A stretch of DNA of 61,867 nt, counting the filler. It is 4 parts of 4 records of this genome, joined end to end, with 100 filler letters (N's around TTAATTAATTAA, not from the genome) between each part and the next. Parts side by side here need not be neighbours in the genome. Positions count along the whole stretch, not along the records: positions 1 to 23,340 come from DRR723986_12810; 3 more parts are not named here. One strand, written 5' to 3'. A model generated the notes under the pieces. The model was not told the DNA's origin and ran no database searches. It saw only the letters and a list, made by a program, of their open reading frames with translations. This document shows positions 1-9,899 of the stretch, piece by piece (within the stretch, counting starts at the first letter, position 1; each line of letters starts with the position of its first letter). A program made the position numbers and the translations under genes.

Positions 1-874
1 CCACAACCGCCTCGTGATAGATGACGATGATGCTGGCGAGAACCAATGCGATACCCGCATAGAGCCGCGGCTGCGGATCGCTCAGCATCGGCTTGATCCG
101 GCCTTGCAGCAGAAGCATGGCCAGAAGGCTGAATGGCAGGCCGGCAACGAACATGAAGAAGGTCGCTGCATAGGCCGCCGGCGTATCGTCGAAATAGCCG
201 AACGAGGCGTCGTGCGTGGAATAACCGCCCGCCGACATGGTGGTCATGGCGTGGCAGATCGCATCGAACCAGCTCATGCCGCAGAGATAATAGACCAGCG
301 CGCAGGTCAGCGATATGATGAGGTAGGTCAGGCCCAGATAAGTCGCAATGTCGGTGACGCGCGGCAGGAACTTGCCCGACCGGTCAGAATTTTCCAGCTG
401 GAACAGCTGCATCCCGCCGACGCGCAGCTGCGGCAGGATGGCGATGGCGGTCACGATGATGCCGATGCCGCCGAACCACTGGATGATCGAACGCCACAGC
501 AACAGGCCGCGCGGCTGGGAGTCGAGCCCTGTCATCACGGTTGCGCCGGTCGTGGTCAGGCCGGACACGCTTTCGAACATGGCGTCTGTGAAGCTCATGC
601 CTGACGCAATGAATGGAATGGCGGCAACCGCCGGCAGCGCGGTCCAGACGAGGACCGTTAGCAGGAAGCCTTCACGCTGTCCGGTCCGCTCCACCTCCCC
701 GCGCGCCAGCACCCACAGGCATGTACCGATGAACACGGCGCCAAAGGAGGAGACCGAGAACACATAGGCTTCCGGGCGCTTGTCGGCCCAGTCGATCAGC
801 GCGCACGGAAGCATGGCCACGCCCAGGAGCACGGTCATAATGCCGATGGCAAGGAGTAGCGGGCGCAGCTGCAT
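1..874 (-). CDS. trkH: TrkH family potassium uptake membrane protein (partial, runs off the left end)
   Basis: Manual translation from ATG 874: MQLRPLLLAIG...REGFLLTVLVW...FTDAMFESVSGLTTTGATV, the TrkH P-loop signature; hydrophobic throughout. Confidence 0.9.
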   Translation of the reverse strand, partial: MQLRPLLLAIGIMTVLLGVAMLPCALIDWADKRPEAYVFSVSSFGAVFIGTCLWVLARGEVERTGQREGFLLTVLVWTALPAVAAIPFIASGMSFTDAMFESVSGLTTTGATVMTGLDSQPRGLLLWRSIIQWFGGIGIIVTAIAILPQLRVGGMQLFQLENSDRSGKFLPRVTDIATYLGLTYLIISLTCALVYYLCGMSWFDAICHAMTTMSAGGYSTHDASFGYFDDTPAAYAATFFMFVAGLPFSLLAMLLLQGRIKPMLSDPQPRLYAGIALVLASIIVIYHEAVV

Positions 875-1154
875 GTCAGGCGGTAACCATAGCCGGGAAA
901 AGCTGCGAAGACGTCAACACGGCGCCCCGGCGGGTGCCGGGCACGCTGCGAGCGGCAGATTCGTCAGGATCGATCGGGTCATCAGCCATATGTCCGGTCA
1001 GCAGGCAAATCCTACGTTGCCTGCATTAACTGCGCCAGAGCGGACTGCATCTGCCGGATTCGGGTGGACCCTGCGATTGACCGAAGGGAAAGCGGTCTCT
1101 AAAGCCGGGCCACTTCGTTACATTTGTATCTAATTGCAGCCACCCGGAAGCGTC

Positions 1155-2195
1155 ATGTTTGATCATCCCTCCTACGATGCCCATGAAGGCGTCCACCTGT
1201 TTCATGATGCAGACAGCGGCCTGAAGGCCATCATTGCGGTCCATTCCACGGCGCGCGGCCCGGCAGCCGGCGGTTGCCGGATGTGGAACTACGACACCGG
1301 CGAGGCCATGCTGAAGGATGCCCTGCGCCTTTCCCAGGGCATGAGCTACAAGAATGCCATGGCGGACATTCCGCTAGGCGGTGGCAAGGCCGTGATCTGG
1401 GGCAATGCCCGCACCGACAAATCCCCGGAACTGTTCCGCGCTTTCGGCCGGGCCGTGAACAGCCTGCAGGGCCTGTACACCACCGCCGAAGATGTCGGCG
1501 TCAGCGTGGCGGACATGGCAATCGTGCGGGAGGAAACGCCCTATGTTGCGGGGCTGGATCAGGGGAAAGCCGCCTCCGGCGACCCGTCCCCTGTCACCGC
1601 CAAGGGTATATTCCTCGGCCTCATCGAAACCGCGAAACGGGCGCTCGGCACAGATGACCTCACCGGCAAGACGGTCGCGGTTCAGGGCGTCGGCCATGTC
1701 GGCTCGTATCTTTGCGACCACCTGGCCAAGGCTGGCGCGACGCTGGTGATCACCGATATCGACAAAGCCGCATTGGATGCGGTCGCAAAACGGACCGGCG
1801 CACGGATCGTTGCACCGGACGCTATTTACGATGTCCGCGCCGACATCTTCGCACCTTGCGCCCTGGGCGCTGTCGTCAATGAGCAGACGCTGGAGCGCTT
1901 CCGGTTCAAGGCGATTGCCGGCGGTGCCAACAACCAGCTGGTCGTGCCGGAAATGGGCGAGTTGCTGCGCCGGAAAGGCATCCTCTACGCGCCGGACTAT
2001 GTCATCAATGGCGGCGGCATCATCAATGTCGCGGCAGAGATTTCCGGCAACTATTCCCGCGAGTGGGTGGACGCCAAGCTCGCCCGGCTGGTCGAGACAC
2101 TGGGGGAAGTCCTCGACGAGGCGCTCGCTCACGATACCCCGACCAATGAAGTGGCGGACCGGATCGCGCGCGAGCGGATCGCCGCGGCTAAGTAG
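1155..2195 (+). CDS. Glu/Leu/Phe/Val dehydrogenase (leucine dehydrogenase-like)
   Basis: GPAAGGCRM, MSYKNA, GGGKAVI, AEDVG, GDPSPVTA, QGVGHVG, GGANNQL motifs. Confidence 0.92.
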   Translation: MFDHPSYDAHEGVHLFHDADSGLKAIIAVHSTARGPAAGGCRMWNYDTGEAMLKDALRLSQGMSYKNAMADIPLGGGKAVIWGNARTDKSPELFRAFGRAVNSLQGLYTTAEDVGVSVADMAIVREETPYVAGLDQGKAASGDPSPVTAKGIFLGLIETAKRALGTDDLTGKTVAVQGVGHVGSYLCDHLAKAGATLVITDIDKAALDAVAKRTGARIVAPDAIYDVRADIFAPCALGAVVNEQTLERFRFKAIAGGANNQLVVPEMGELLRRKGILYAPDYVINGGGIINVAAEISGNYSREWVDAKLARLVETLGEVLDEALAHDTPTNEVADRIARERIAAAK

Positions 2196-2278
2196 ATTCC
2201 CTTGCACAATTGCACGTTCAGCGTGTTAGACGTGGTGTCCTGAAAGCCCGTTGCGGGTGAATTTACAGGGAGACGCAC

Positions 2279-3106
2279 ATGTCCGTTGTCGCCATGCTGG
2301 AAGGGTCGGAATCAGCTGACCGCGCTTCGACACTGACCGCTCTGGGAATTGCCCGGCGCCTGAACGTGCCGGTCAGTGGCGTATGCGCCCTGCCCGACCC
2401 CACCTCGACGCTGATCGTGATGTCGACCCCGGAAGCGACGGGCCTCGCGGCCAATGCGACGCGGGACATCTCCGCCCTGCAGGATGAAGTGATCGCCCGT
2501 GCGAAAGCGACCTTTGAGGCGGCAACCGACGGGGCGAACATATCTTGCGACTTTAGCCACATCGTCGATATAGCCGAACGGGCCGGGGCCAATGCGGCGA
2601 CGCTCGCCGATGCCGTTGTGTTTCCACACAGCGTCCAGAAAGCGGCAGATCCGCTGAGCCTGTCTTTCGAACATGTCCTGATGGAAGCACGCCTGCCAGT
2701 CGTCATGGCCGGGTCGGAGCCGCTGACAGATGGACCGGTGGTCGTCGCGTGGGACGGGTCCAATGGCGCCGCCCGCGCTGTGCGGTTCCACCTGCCAATC
2801 GTCAAGGCATTCGGCGAAGTCATCATCGCCCAGAACGAATCCGATCTCGGCAAGGACCAGCCCCGCGATGCCTCCAGCCCGGCAGCCCTCGAGGCCTGGC
2901 TCGACTCCCACAATGTGAAACACAAGCGCATGCCGATCGAAGGCCAGGTGGCCAGCGGTCTCCTGTCCCTCGCAAAAGGCAGTAATGCTTCAATAATTGT
3001 TGCGGGGGCCTATGGCCATTCCCGCATTGGCGAACGCCTGTTCGGCGGTACGACCCAGCGCCTGCTGGATGCCGACGAAGCCCCGGCGCTCGCTCTTGCC
3101 CGCTAA
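2279..3106 (+). CDS. Universal stress protein (tandem UspA domains)
   Basis: VVVAWDGSNGAARAV and IIVAGAYGHSRIGERLFGGTT motifs. Confidence 0.88.
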   Translation: MSVVAMLEGSESADRASTLTALGIARRLNVPVSGVCALPDPTSTLIVMSTPEATGLAANATRDISALQDEVIARAKATFEAATDGANISCDFSHIVDIAERAGANAATLADAVVFPHSVQKAADPLSLSFEHVLMEARLPVVMAGSEPLTDGPVVVAWDGSNGAARAVRFHLPIVKAFGEVIIAQNESDLGKDQPRDASSPAALEAWLDSHNVKHKRMPIEGQVASGLLSLAKGSNASIIVAGAYGHSRIGERLFGGTTQRLLDADEAPALALAR

Positions 3107-3133
3107 TTCTGGCCCGCTAAACCGGAGAGAAAA

Positions 3134-3502
3134 ATGACTCTGAAACGCATTACCCTGCAGCTCGCCCGCAATCCCGGCATCACCGAGGGCGACACCCGCA
3201 TCGGCTATTTCATCGTCGCGCCACTGACCGAGGATGGTCACCTGGATGTCGATGCCTGGCGGGAACACAAGAAGGAATGCCGGGTCACCCGCTTCCACCC
3301 CGACCCCGACGAGCATGCGACTGGCCTGCTGACCCATCGCGGCAATCAATGGAAATTCCACTATGACGAAGACGATGAGGGTGACGACGAAGCTGGCTAC
3401 CGGCTGGGCGACCATGTCTTCAAGGAAGGCGAATACATCACCGTGGCAAGCCATGGCGAGACCCCGCTGACCTACAAGATCACAGACATTTCGGCGGTCT
3501 GA
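3134..3502 (+). CDS. Conserved hypothetical protein
   Basis: GGAG RBS, strong codon bias, protein-like 122-aa ORF. Confidence 0.7.
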   Translation: MTLKRITLQLARNPGITEGDTRIGYFIVAPLTEDGHLDVDAWREHKKECRVTRFHPDPDEHATGLLTHRGNQWKFHYDEDDEGDDEAGYRLGDHVFKEGEYITVASHGETPLTYKITDISAV

Positions 3503-3597
3503 TACCCAAGTCCCTCCGTCAGGCTGGACACGCCTCCCAATTGCGCACAAACTGCAGTTGCAGTGCCAATTGCATATGGCACGTGAGGGAGGAAATC

Positions 3598-5511
3598 ATG
3601 TTGAAGCAAGCGACGGCTCTGGCCGTGATCATGACGTTTGCCGCATGCAGTGGTGACACTGGCACAGCGGCGGATGAGGCCAGCCCCCCTGCGGCGAAGA
3701 CGGCATCGGCAGTGGAGACCGGACGTACGGCCGGCTACAATCCCGACCGCAACGCCTATTTCGGCGACCTTCATATCCACACGCGGTCCAGCTTCGACGC
3801 GTACATCTTCAATGTCCGCCGCACCGCCGATGACGCCTACCGCTTCGCGCTCGGCGAAACCATCCAGCATCCGTCCGGTTTCGACATGACCATCGCGGGT
3901 GGCCCGCTCGACTTCTATACTGTGACCGACCATGCCGAGTATCTCGGTATCCTGCCGGCCATGGATACCCCAGGAACGAAACTGTCCGAACTGCCACGCG
4001 CGAAGGACATGTTCTCCACCGATCCGGAAAAGATCGTGGCTGCCTTCCAGGGCGTCGGTGCGTCTGTGCGCTCCGGCAATCCGATCGAAGACATGTATGA
4101 TCTCGATACGATCAATTCGGTCTGGCTTCAGAATGTCGCCGCAGCGGACAAATACAACCAGCCCGGCAAGTTCACGACCTTTGCGGCCTACGAGTTCACC
4201 TCTGTGACCACTGCGGAAGAAAATGGCGGCTTCGGCGGCGGCAACCTGCACCGCAACGTCTTCTTCAAGGGCAAGGCGCCTGTGCGGGCCTTCTCGACGC
4301 TCGACTCCACCAACCCGGAAGACCTGTGGGACTGGATGGATGCCCAGCGCGAAGCTGGCATGGAAGTCATCTCCATTCCGCACAACTCCAATGTGTCCGA
4401 TGGCCAGATGTTCCGTCTGGAAACTTATAAGGGCGAGCCGATGGATACCGCCTATGCCGAGCAGCGCATGCGCAATGAGCCGCTGGTCGAGGTGACGCAG
4501 GTGAAAGGCACCAGCGAGACTCATCCAGACCTTTCACCGAACGACGAATGGGCGAATTTCGAGATCTACGACCAGTTGCTGGGCTCCTATGATGTTGGCA
4601 CGACGAACGGATCCTATGTTCGCCAGGCCTATCGCAATGGGCTGAAGCTGCAGGAAGAAAAGGGATTCGACCCCTTCCACTTTGGCCTCGTCGCCGCATC
4701 TGACAGCCACGTGGCCGGCGGCGCCTATGCCGAGGAAGACTACTGGTCGAAGATCGGCATCGTCGATGGTACGCCGGTGGCGCGCGGATCCGTTCCCTTC
4801 CCCGGAACGACCAGCTGGGATGACCAGCCGGCGGACAACCCTGCCGTGATCAATGCCACCAACTGGTTCTCCCGCTGGAGCGCCAGCGGCCTGACGGGCG
4901 TCTGGGCGGAAGAAAACACGCGTGAAGCCATCTTCGATGCCTTCCGCCGCAAGGAAACCTTCGCGACCACTGGCCCGCGCATGAAAGTGCGATTCTTCGG
5001 CGGCTTCGGCTTTGACGAGGACATGCTGGCGTCCGCAGACCTCTCGCATGAAGCCTATGAGGGCGGCGTACCAATGGGCGGGGACCTGGTCGGCACCGGC
5101 GAAGCCCCGGCCTTCATTGCCTGGGCCCAGCGCGATCCAAATGGCGGCACGCTGCAGCGCCTGCAGGTAGTGAAGGTCACCAGCGATGGCGAGGAAGTCA
5201 TCGACGTCGCCTGTGACAATGGCACGCCTGATCCGTCCACCCGCCGCTGCACCGACAATGGCGCCTCGGTCGACATGTCGACCTGCACGCCGTCGAATGA
5301 GGGTGCCGGCGAGCTGAAAGTCCTTTGGACCGATCCGGACTTCGATCCGGCGCGCCGCGCCACCTATTATGTCCGTGTGCTGGAAAACCCGTCCTGCCGC
5401 TGGTCGACATGGGAAGCCATGCGCAATGGCACTCCGCCGCGGCCTGACGTACCGGAGACGATCCAGGAACGTGCCTACACGTCTCCGATCTGGTATATCC
5501 CCGGCGGCTGA
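3598..5511 (+). CDS. DUF3604 family lipoprotein (PHP-like putative metallohydrolase)
   Basis: Lipobox FAAC; FGDLHIHT, TDHAE, NLHRNV, IPHNSN, SDSH, YYVRVLENP..RW, QERAYTSPIWY motifs. Confidence 0.85.
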   Translation: MLKQATALAVIMTFAACSGDTGTAADEASPPAAKTASAVETGRTAGYNPDRNAYFGDLHIHTRSSFDAYIFNVRRTADDAYRFALGETIQHPSGFDMTIAGGPLDFYTVTDHAEYLGILPAMDTPGTKLSELPRAKDMFSTDPEKIVAAFQGVGASVRSGNPIEDMYDLDTINSVWLQNVAAADKYNQPGKFTTFAAYEFTSVTTAEENGGFGGGNLHRNVFFKGKAPVRAFSTLDSTNPEDLWDWMDAQREAGMEVISIPHNSNVSDGQMFRLETYKGEPMDTAYAEQRMRNEPLVEVTQVKGTSETHPDLSPNDEWANFEIYDQLLGSYDVGTTNGSYVRQAYRNGLKLQEEKGFDPFHFGLVAASDSHVAGGAYAEEDYWSKIGIVDGTPVARGSVPFPGTTSWDDQPADNPAVINATNWFSRWSASGLTGVWAEENTREAIFDAFRRKETFATTGPRMKVRFFGGFGFDEDMLASADLSHEAYEGGVPMGGDLVGTGEAPAFIAWAQRDPNGGTLQRLQVVKVTSDGEEVIDVACDNGTPDPSTRRCTDNGASVDMSTCTPSNEGAGELKVLWTDPDFDPARRATYYVRVLENPSCRWSTWEAMRNGTPPRPDVPETIQERAYTSPIWYIPGG

Positions 5512-5528
5512 CGCGACAGGAATACAAT

Positions 5529-6395
5529 TTGACCGACACAACCCAACAGGTGCGCCGCTGGTCCGTGCTGCTGCGCGAGCCGCTCGTACATTTCATTCTG
5601 GCTGCGCTGGCGGTGTTCATCGCGTGGAATGTCGTGGCATCCGGACGGGCGGATGAGGCCCGGACCATCCGCGTTTCCAGCGCGGACCTGGAACGCCTCG
5701 CCTCCATCTACACAGCGGAGGCCGGTGCCCTGCCCTCCGGTGAGGACATGGTGGCCATGGTCAATGACTATGTACGTGACGAGGCACTGGCGCGAGAAGC
5801 CAAGCGCCTCGGCCTCGATGAAGGCGACACAATTGTTACAAGGCGCCTGGCGCAGAAGATGACCTTCATGGTCGCCGACCTCGCCCGGACGGAAACGCCG
5901 GACGATGCCGTTCTGCGCGAATGGTACGAGACCCATGCAGACCGCTTCACGGATCCGCAGAAAGTCACCTTCCGGCACGTCTTTCTGAGTGAGAATATTC
6001 GAGGCGCTTCCGCAATGTCTGACGCGGAAGCCTTGCTCGGTGAGCTGAACGCCGGAAAAGACTGGCGTGAGGCAGGCGACCCGTTCATGCTGCAACGCGC
6101 CTACGGCGACCTGCCACTTCGCGAAGTTGTGCGCCTGTTCGGCGGCGAGTTTGCGCAATCAATCGCCGTGACACCGGCCTCGGACCTCTGGACCGGTCCC
6201 ACCCGCTCCGCCCTCGGCGTGCACCTCGTGCAGGTCAGCGCCAACACCCCGCCCCGGCTTGCCCCCTTCGACGACGTGAAAGATGCCGTCCTTGCCGACT
6301 GGCAGGATCAGACACGGCGCGAGGAAAACGAAAAAGCGATCCAGGAAATCATCGCCCGCTACAAGGTCGAGGTTGAAGGCATCAATGCCGAATAG
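5529..6395 (+). CDS. Parvulin-like peptidyl-prolyl isomerase (Rotamase_2)
   Basis: LREPLVHF N-terminus, EALAREAKRLGLDEGD.IV.RRL, WTGPTRSALGVHLV. Confidence 0.8.
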   Translation: MTDTTQQVRRWSVLLREPLVHFILAALAVFIAWNVVASGRADEARTIRVSSADLERLASIYTAEAGALPSGEDMVAMVNDYVRDEALAREAKRLGLDEGDTIVTRRLAQKMTFMVADLARTETPDDAVLREWYETHADRFTDPQKVTFRHVFLSENIRGASAMSDAEALLGELNAGKDWREAGDPFMLQRAYGDLPLREVVRLFGGEFAQSIAVTPASDLWTGPTRSALGVHLVQVSANTPPRLAPFDDVKDAVLADWQDQTRREENEKAIQEIIARYKVEVEGINAE

Positions 6396-7392
6396 CTCCG
6401 GTCTGGTCCGCTGGCTGGCGGCCTGCCTCGCAGGGTTCGCCGTCTGGCTGATGTCCGCGGCACCAGCGGCGGCGCATGAAGTGCGTCCGGCCTATCTGGA
6501 AGTGATCGAGACATCCCCGGGCGTATATGACGTCACATGGAAACAGCCGGTGCTGGATGGACGGCGCCTGAAGATCGATCCGGTCTTTCCAGACACCTGC
6601 GCCCGCGAAGGCGAATATGTCGCCTCTCCCGGCGGGACGCTGGTGCAGAGATGGACGACGCGCTGTGATCTCAATCAAGGCAAGATCCGGATCAATGGGC
6701 TGGAGCGAACCCTGACAGACGCATTCGTTCGCATCGACCGGCTGGAGGGCGATGATATTGGTGCCGTGTTGCGTCCATCCTCCCCCGTGCTGGACCTCAC
6801 CGTCCCCACCGGCGCACCTGTGGTCTCCTATTTCCGGATCGGCGTGGAGCACATCATCTTCGGCTGGGACCATCTCCTGTTCGTGCTGGGCATGGTCCTC
6901 CTGGTGCGCCCGAAACAGCTGCTGCTGACCCTCACTGCCTTCACCGTTGCGCACTCTATCACGCTGGCGGCAGCCACACTCGGCGGGGTCACCCTGCCCG
7001 GCCCGCCGGTGGAGATCACCATCGCGATGAGCATCGCCCTTCTCGGCGCCGAGGCCATGCACCGCATCAAGGGTTGGGACACGCTCAGCCAGCGCATTCC
7101 ATGGGCCATCGCCTTCGGGTTCGGGCTGATCCATGGCTTTGGGTTTGCCGGAGCGCTGGCGGAGATCGGCCTACCCAAAGGGGCAGAGGCGATGGCGCTG
7201 CTATTGTTCAATGTCGGCGTGGAGGCTGGGCAAGTGCTGTTTGTGAGCGCCCTGCTGGTGGCGGCCTTTGTCGTTCACAAATTGGCCGCCAAGCGCATGG
7301 TGCCGGTGCGCGTGGGGCTCGCCTATTTCATCGGCTTCATGGGCAGCTACTGGGCGATCGAACGGATCGCCGGGACCTTCTTCGGCGTCTGA
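6385..7392 (+). CDS. HupE/UreJ family membrane protein
   Basis: AHEVRPAYL, GVEHIIFGWDHLLF, TAFTVAHSITL, FGLIHGFGFA, FNVGVEAGQ. Confidence 0.88.
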   Translation: MPNSSGLVRWLAACLAGFAVWLMSAAPAAAHEVRPAYLEVIETSPGVYDVTWKQPVLDGRRLKIDPVFPDTCAREGEYVASPGGTLVQRWTTRCDLNQGKIRINGLERTLTDAFVRIDRLEGDDIGAVLRPSSPVLDLTVPTGAPVVSYFRIGVEHIIFGWDHLLFVLGMVLLVRPKQLLLTLTAFTVAHSITLAAATLGGVTLPGPPVEITIAMSIALLGAEAMHRIKGWDTLSQRIPWAIAFGFGLIHGFGFAGALAEIGLPKGAEAMALLLFNVGVEAGQVLFVSALLVAAFVVHKLAAKRMVPVRVGLAYFIGFMGSYWAIERIAGTFFGV

Positions 7393-7396
7393 ACTG

Positions 7397-8218
7397 TCAG
7401 AGTCCGAGCGCCTTCCACAACATGCGCGCAGCAACCACGGCGAGCAGGATGGCGAACATCCGGCGGAGTCGCGCCGCGTCGAGCTTGTGTGCCAGCGATG
7501 CCCCGACCGGCGCCATCGTGACAGTGAACAACGAGATCAGCGCGAAAGCCGCCAGGTTCACATGACCGAGCGAGAATGGCGGCAGGCCTTCCCGTCCCCA
7601 GCCGATATAGACTGCCATGATGGCAGACGGCAGACCAATAGCTACACCCCAACCGGCGGCGGTCGCCACAGCCTGGTGTATCGGCCGGCCGTAGAGCGTC
7701 ATCAGACTGACGCCGAATGTACCGCCACCGATCCCCATCAGGGCCGACAAGGCGCCAACCGCCATGCCCAATACCGCCCGCAGCGGTCCCTTGGGCATCT
7801 CATCGGCAAGGCGCCAGGTGGGTCGGCCGAAGAAAAGCTGTGCCGACAGCACGAACGCAAGCGAGCCGAATATGCCAAGCAGGGCCCGCTTGGACAGGAA
7901 CCCGGTCAGCGACATACCTGCCAGCGCACCCACCACGATCCATGGTGCCCACCCCTGAATGATCGACCAGTCGACGGCGCCATGGCTGTTGTGGGCGCTG
8001 ACGCTGCGCGCAGAGGTAAGGATGATCGTGGCAAGCGAGGTTGAGACCGCCACATGCATCGCCGCCTCGCCATAGCCCATGGCATCGAACAGGAAGTACA
8101 GGACCGGAACGATGATGGCGCCGCCTCCAATGCCGAACAGGCCGGCGGCCAGCCCTGCAGCTGCGCCTGCCAGGGCAAGCGCCACGAGTAGCGGGCCATA
8201 CTGAACGACCAGATCCAT
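7397..8218 (-). CDS. TauE/SafE (TSUP) family membrane transporter
   Basis: GLFGIGGGAIIVP and its internal repeat GIGGGTFGV; about 8 TM segments. Confidence 0.88.
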   Translation of the reverse strand: MDLVVQYGPLLVALALAGAAAGLAAGLFGIGGGAIIVPVLYFLFDAMGYGEAAMHVAVSTSLATIILTSARSVSAHNSHGAVDWSIIQGWAPWIVVGALAGMSLTGFLSKRALLGIFGSLAFVLSAQLFFGRPTWRLADEMPKGPLRAVLGMAVGALSALMGIGGGTFGVSLMTLYGRPIHQAVATAAGWGVAIGLPSAIMAVYIGWGREGLPPFSLGHVNLAAFALISLFTVTMAPVGASLAHKLDAARLRRMFAILLAVVAARMLWKALGL

Positions 8219-8499
8219 GTTTTCCTCCTTCCGCGATAGCCCGACAGGGTCAGTCTGGTATTTTACGGCTGCGGTTTGTTTATGCAGGCTGTTTGCACGA
8301 GCCAGCTCGCCATGGCCAGCATCAAACGCTGCGTTCTGTTGCAGTCCTTACGCAATCTGGCGTGTCTGCCCCCGCAGATGCCCATCAAATTCCTTGCCAG
8401 ATACTTGCACAGCGTAAGGAGTTTTCGCCCGCTTCTTAGTCCGGCGGAAACGTTAATCGCCCATAATCCATCCCGAATGTCTACAAGTGGGACAAGCGC

Positions 8500-9855
8500 A
8501 TGTTGAACACGATGACCAAATGGATCGAGAATCGCGACGGCAATGTCGCGATCATTCTGGCAATCGCGATCATCCCGATTCTGGCACTGGTCGGTATTGC
8601 AATCGATCTGCAGAACACCAATACGAGCCGTCAGTTCATCCAGTACACGATGGACAATGCCGTGATCGCCGGCTCGCGCGAAATGCAGGCGGGCAAATCC
8701 AAGGCCGAGATCAATACCTATATCAACAACTTCGTCGATGGCGTGGTGAAGGCCAAGAACTACGCCGTTGGCTGCAAGCCTGTTGAAGTCACCTATTCGG
8801 AAGGCTCACAGGACATCAACGCCACGATCAAGTGCCAACAGAAAACCACGCTGACCGAGTTGATCGGCTATCAATATCTGGATTTCACGATCACTTCCGG
8901 TTCCACATACGGGATCGGTAATGTCGACGTTTCGTTCGTGTTCGACATCTCCGGTTCCATGGGCTGGGATGGCAAGATGGGCGCCCTTAAGAATGCCGCT
9001 GAAGATGCGGTGGATGTCCTCCTTCCAACGGGCGATGCCGAAGACATGGGCGATGTCCGTATCTCGATGGTTTCCTATTCCAACTATGTGGATGCAGGTG
9101 ACTACTTCAAGAAAGTCACCAACCTGAACCCCACACGCACATTCACCAACACCTACACCACGACGGAGCAGGTGTGCGTACAATGGAGACGCAATGGCCG
9201 TTGCCGCCGTTACGAATATCAGGAGGTTGAACACACTTCTTCGGAAACCTTCACCAACACCTGTGTCGAGGAACGTCTCGGATCGGAAGCCTACACGGAT
9301 GAAAATCCCGGTCCCTTTGCCTGGATCGAGGCGATCGAACCGACATATGATTCCCGCCGTGATCGCTGGAGCATGGATACCTGCAACCCGATCGGACCTC
9401 TTCCGCTGACGGATGACCGGGACAAGCTCAAAGCCTATATCAAAAACCTGAATGCCAATGGCGGCACCGCCGGACATATCGGCATCGCCTGGGGTTGGTA
9501 TGCCCTTTCTCCTGAATGGGACAGTGTCTGGCCATCGGGTTCCGATCCGCTGGAATATGACGAGCCGGATTCTGCCAAAGCCATGATCATCATGACCGAT
9601 GGTGACTTCCTGAACTGGCACAACACCGGAGAAGGCTCATCCTTCGACCAGGCCAAGAAGCTCTGCGACAACATCAAGGAGGAAGGCGTGCGGGTCTATA
9701 CGGTCGCGTTCAAGGCTCCGTCACAGGGTAAGCAGATCCTTGAGTACTGCGCGTCGGGCACGGAGTTCGCCTTCAAGGCGGAGAGCGCCGACGAACTCAC
9801 CGACGCCTACACCAAGATCGCCCAGTCCATTTCGGACCTGCGCATCACCTACTGA
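8500..9855 (+). CDS. TadG-like pilus assembly protein with vWA domain
   Basis: G/NVAIILA pilin-like N-terminus, MIDAS DISGSM, MTDG, VYTVAF. Confidence 0.85.
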   Translation: MLNTMTKWIENRDGNVAIILAIAIIPILALVGIAIDLQNTNTSRQFIQYTMDNAVIAGSREMQAGKSKAEINTYINNFVDGVVKAKNYAVGCKPVEVTYSEGSQDINATIKCQQKTTLTELIGYQYLDFTITSGSTYGIGNVDVSFVFDISGSMGWDGKMGALKNAAEDAVDVLLPTGDAEDMGDVRISMVSYSNYVDAGDYFKKVTNLNPTRTFTNTYTTTEQVCVQWRRNGRCRRYEYQEVEHTSSETFTNTCVEERLGSEAYTDENPGPFAWIEAIEPTYDSRRDRWSMDTCNPIGPLPLTDDRDKLKAYIKNLNANGGTAGHIGIAWGWYALSPEWDSVWPSGSDPLEYDEPDSAKAMIIMTDGDFLNWHNTGEGSSFDQAKKLCDNIKEEGVRVYTVAFKAPSQGKQILEYCASGTEFAFKAESADELTDAYTKIAQSISDLRITY

Positions 9856-9864
9856 TCCGGCGAT

Positions 9865-9899
9865 TGGCGGGACCGCTCAACCGAGCGACAGTCCCGCCA
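9865..9899. terminator. Hairpin between convergent genes (possible terminator)
   Basis: TGGCGGGAC...GTCCCGCCA 9-bp inverted repeat with inner CGCTC/GAGCG; no clear U tract. Confidence 0.35.
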
